This document shows, one piece after another, positions 43,541-43,848 of a stretch of DNA of 43,848 nucleotides. The DNA is taken from IMG/VR virus record IMGVR_UViG_3300032231_000006, positions 1 to 43,848 of that record. One strand, 5' to 3'. Position numbers and translations under genes: made by a program. Under the pieces are notes generated by a model. It worked only from the letters and a program-made list of their open reading frames with translations. It did not search any database and had not been told where the DNA came from. The stretch comes from a virus (Duplodnaviria; Caudoviricetes). Position 1 is the stretch's first letter. Each line of letters begins with the position of its first letter.

Positions 43541-43848
43541 CCTTTCAGTCGCACCAGATTATGACCAAAGGAGGCCCCTAGGTCACTAGAGGCCTCCACA
43601 TGCTCTACACTATCGCCTCAGCTAAGGCCAATTCACGGTTTCACCCCCTTCCTCATTCTAGGTGTTGACGTGATGGGTTCAATACTCAGCTAATCCTGTT
43701 TCATCGTTCAGGCCCTCCGTTCACGCTAGTCCCTTACCAATACTACAGTTCTCCAACTCCCCAAGCCTACCACCTAATAACTTCGCCGTCAAACGACGTT
43801 CACTTTCCGCAACGCCACTATAAACTCGATTTGACAAACCCTGAAAAT

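Larger units (their letters stand above)
1..43848. mobile_element. Tailed dsDNA bacteriophage genome segment (siphovirus-like)
   Basis: Terminase, portal, scaffold, coat, tail tube, tail chaperone frameshift and an APSE-like replication module are present; no sheath, integrase or bacterial housekeeping genes seen. Confidence 0.97.

Noticed and set aside
1-43848. tRNA, rRNA, integrase/att site, tail sheath, intron or intein
   Set aside because: None recognised by eye; polymerase and terminase motifs are contiguous. A covariance or HMM search could still find weak cases
1-43848. Alternative genetic code or stop-codon readthrough
   Set aside because: Genes tile densely under the standard code using all three stops; the only notable gap in the tail region is explained by the -1 frameshift

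Overview
The whole window is part of a tailed dsDNA phage genome, probably a siphovirus. It starts inside a gene, and no integrase, repressor or host genes are visible. 1-14.5 kb (+) is a tightly coupled replication and nucleotide operon: Cas4-like DUF2800 nuclease, DUF2815 SSB, family A polymerase, nucleotidyltransferase, VRR-NUC, SNF2 helicase, primase-helicase, metallophosphoesterase, kinases, Dam-like methylase and a sigma-like factor. 14.5-40.4 kb (+) holds morphogenesis genes in an unusually shuffled order: GpA-type terminase, portal, scaffold, P22-type coat, tail tube, frameshifted tail chaperone and tail tip. 40.5-43.8 kb (-) holds small accessory genes. The most notable element is a four-gene cassette at 17.1-19.8 kb with its own near-consensus sigma70 promoter. 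It encodes a holin, a Sec-exported protein, a Tat-exported papain-like cysteine protease and an exported CxxC thioredoxin-fold protein, and no glycan-cleaving endolysin is recognisable in the window. This is a candidate protease/reductase lysis system, possibly for a Planctomycete-like host. Also notable are one accessory domain inserted in three different virion proteins, a duplicated capsid insertion domain, Cys-rich tail-tip proteins, an unannotated -1 frameshift and a self-contained moron. All family assignments are by eye from motifs; no searches were run.
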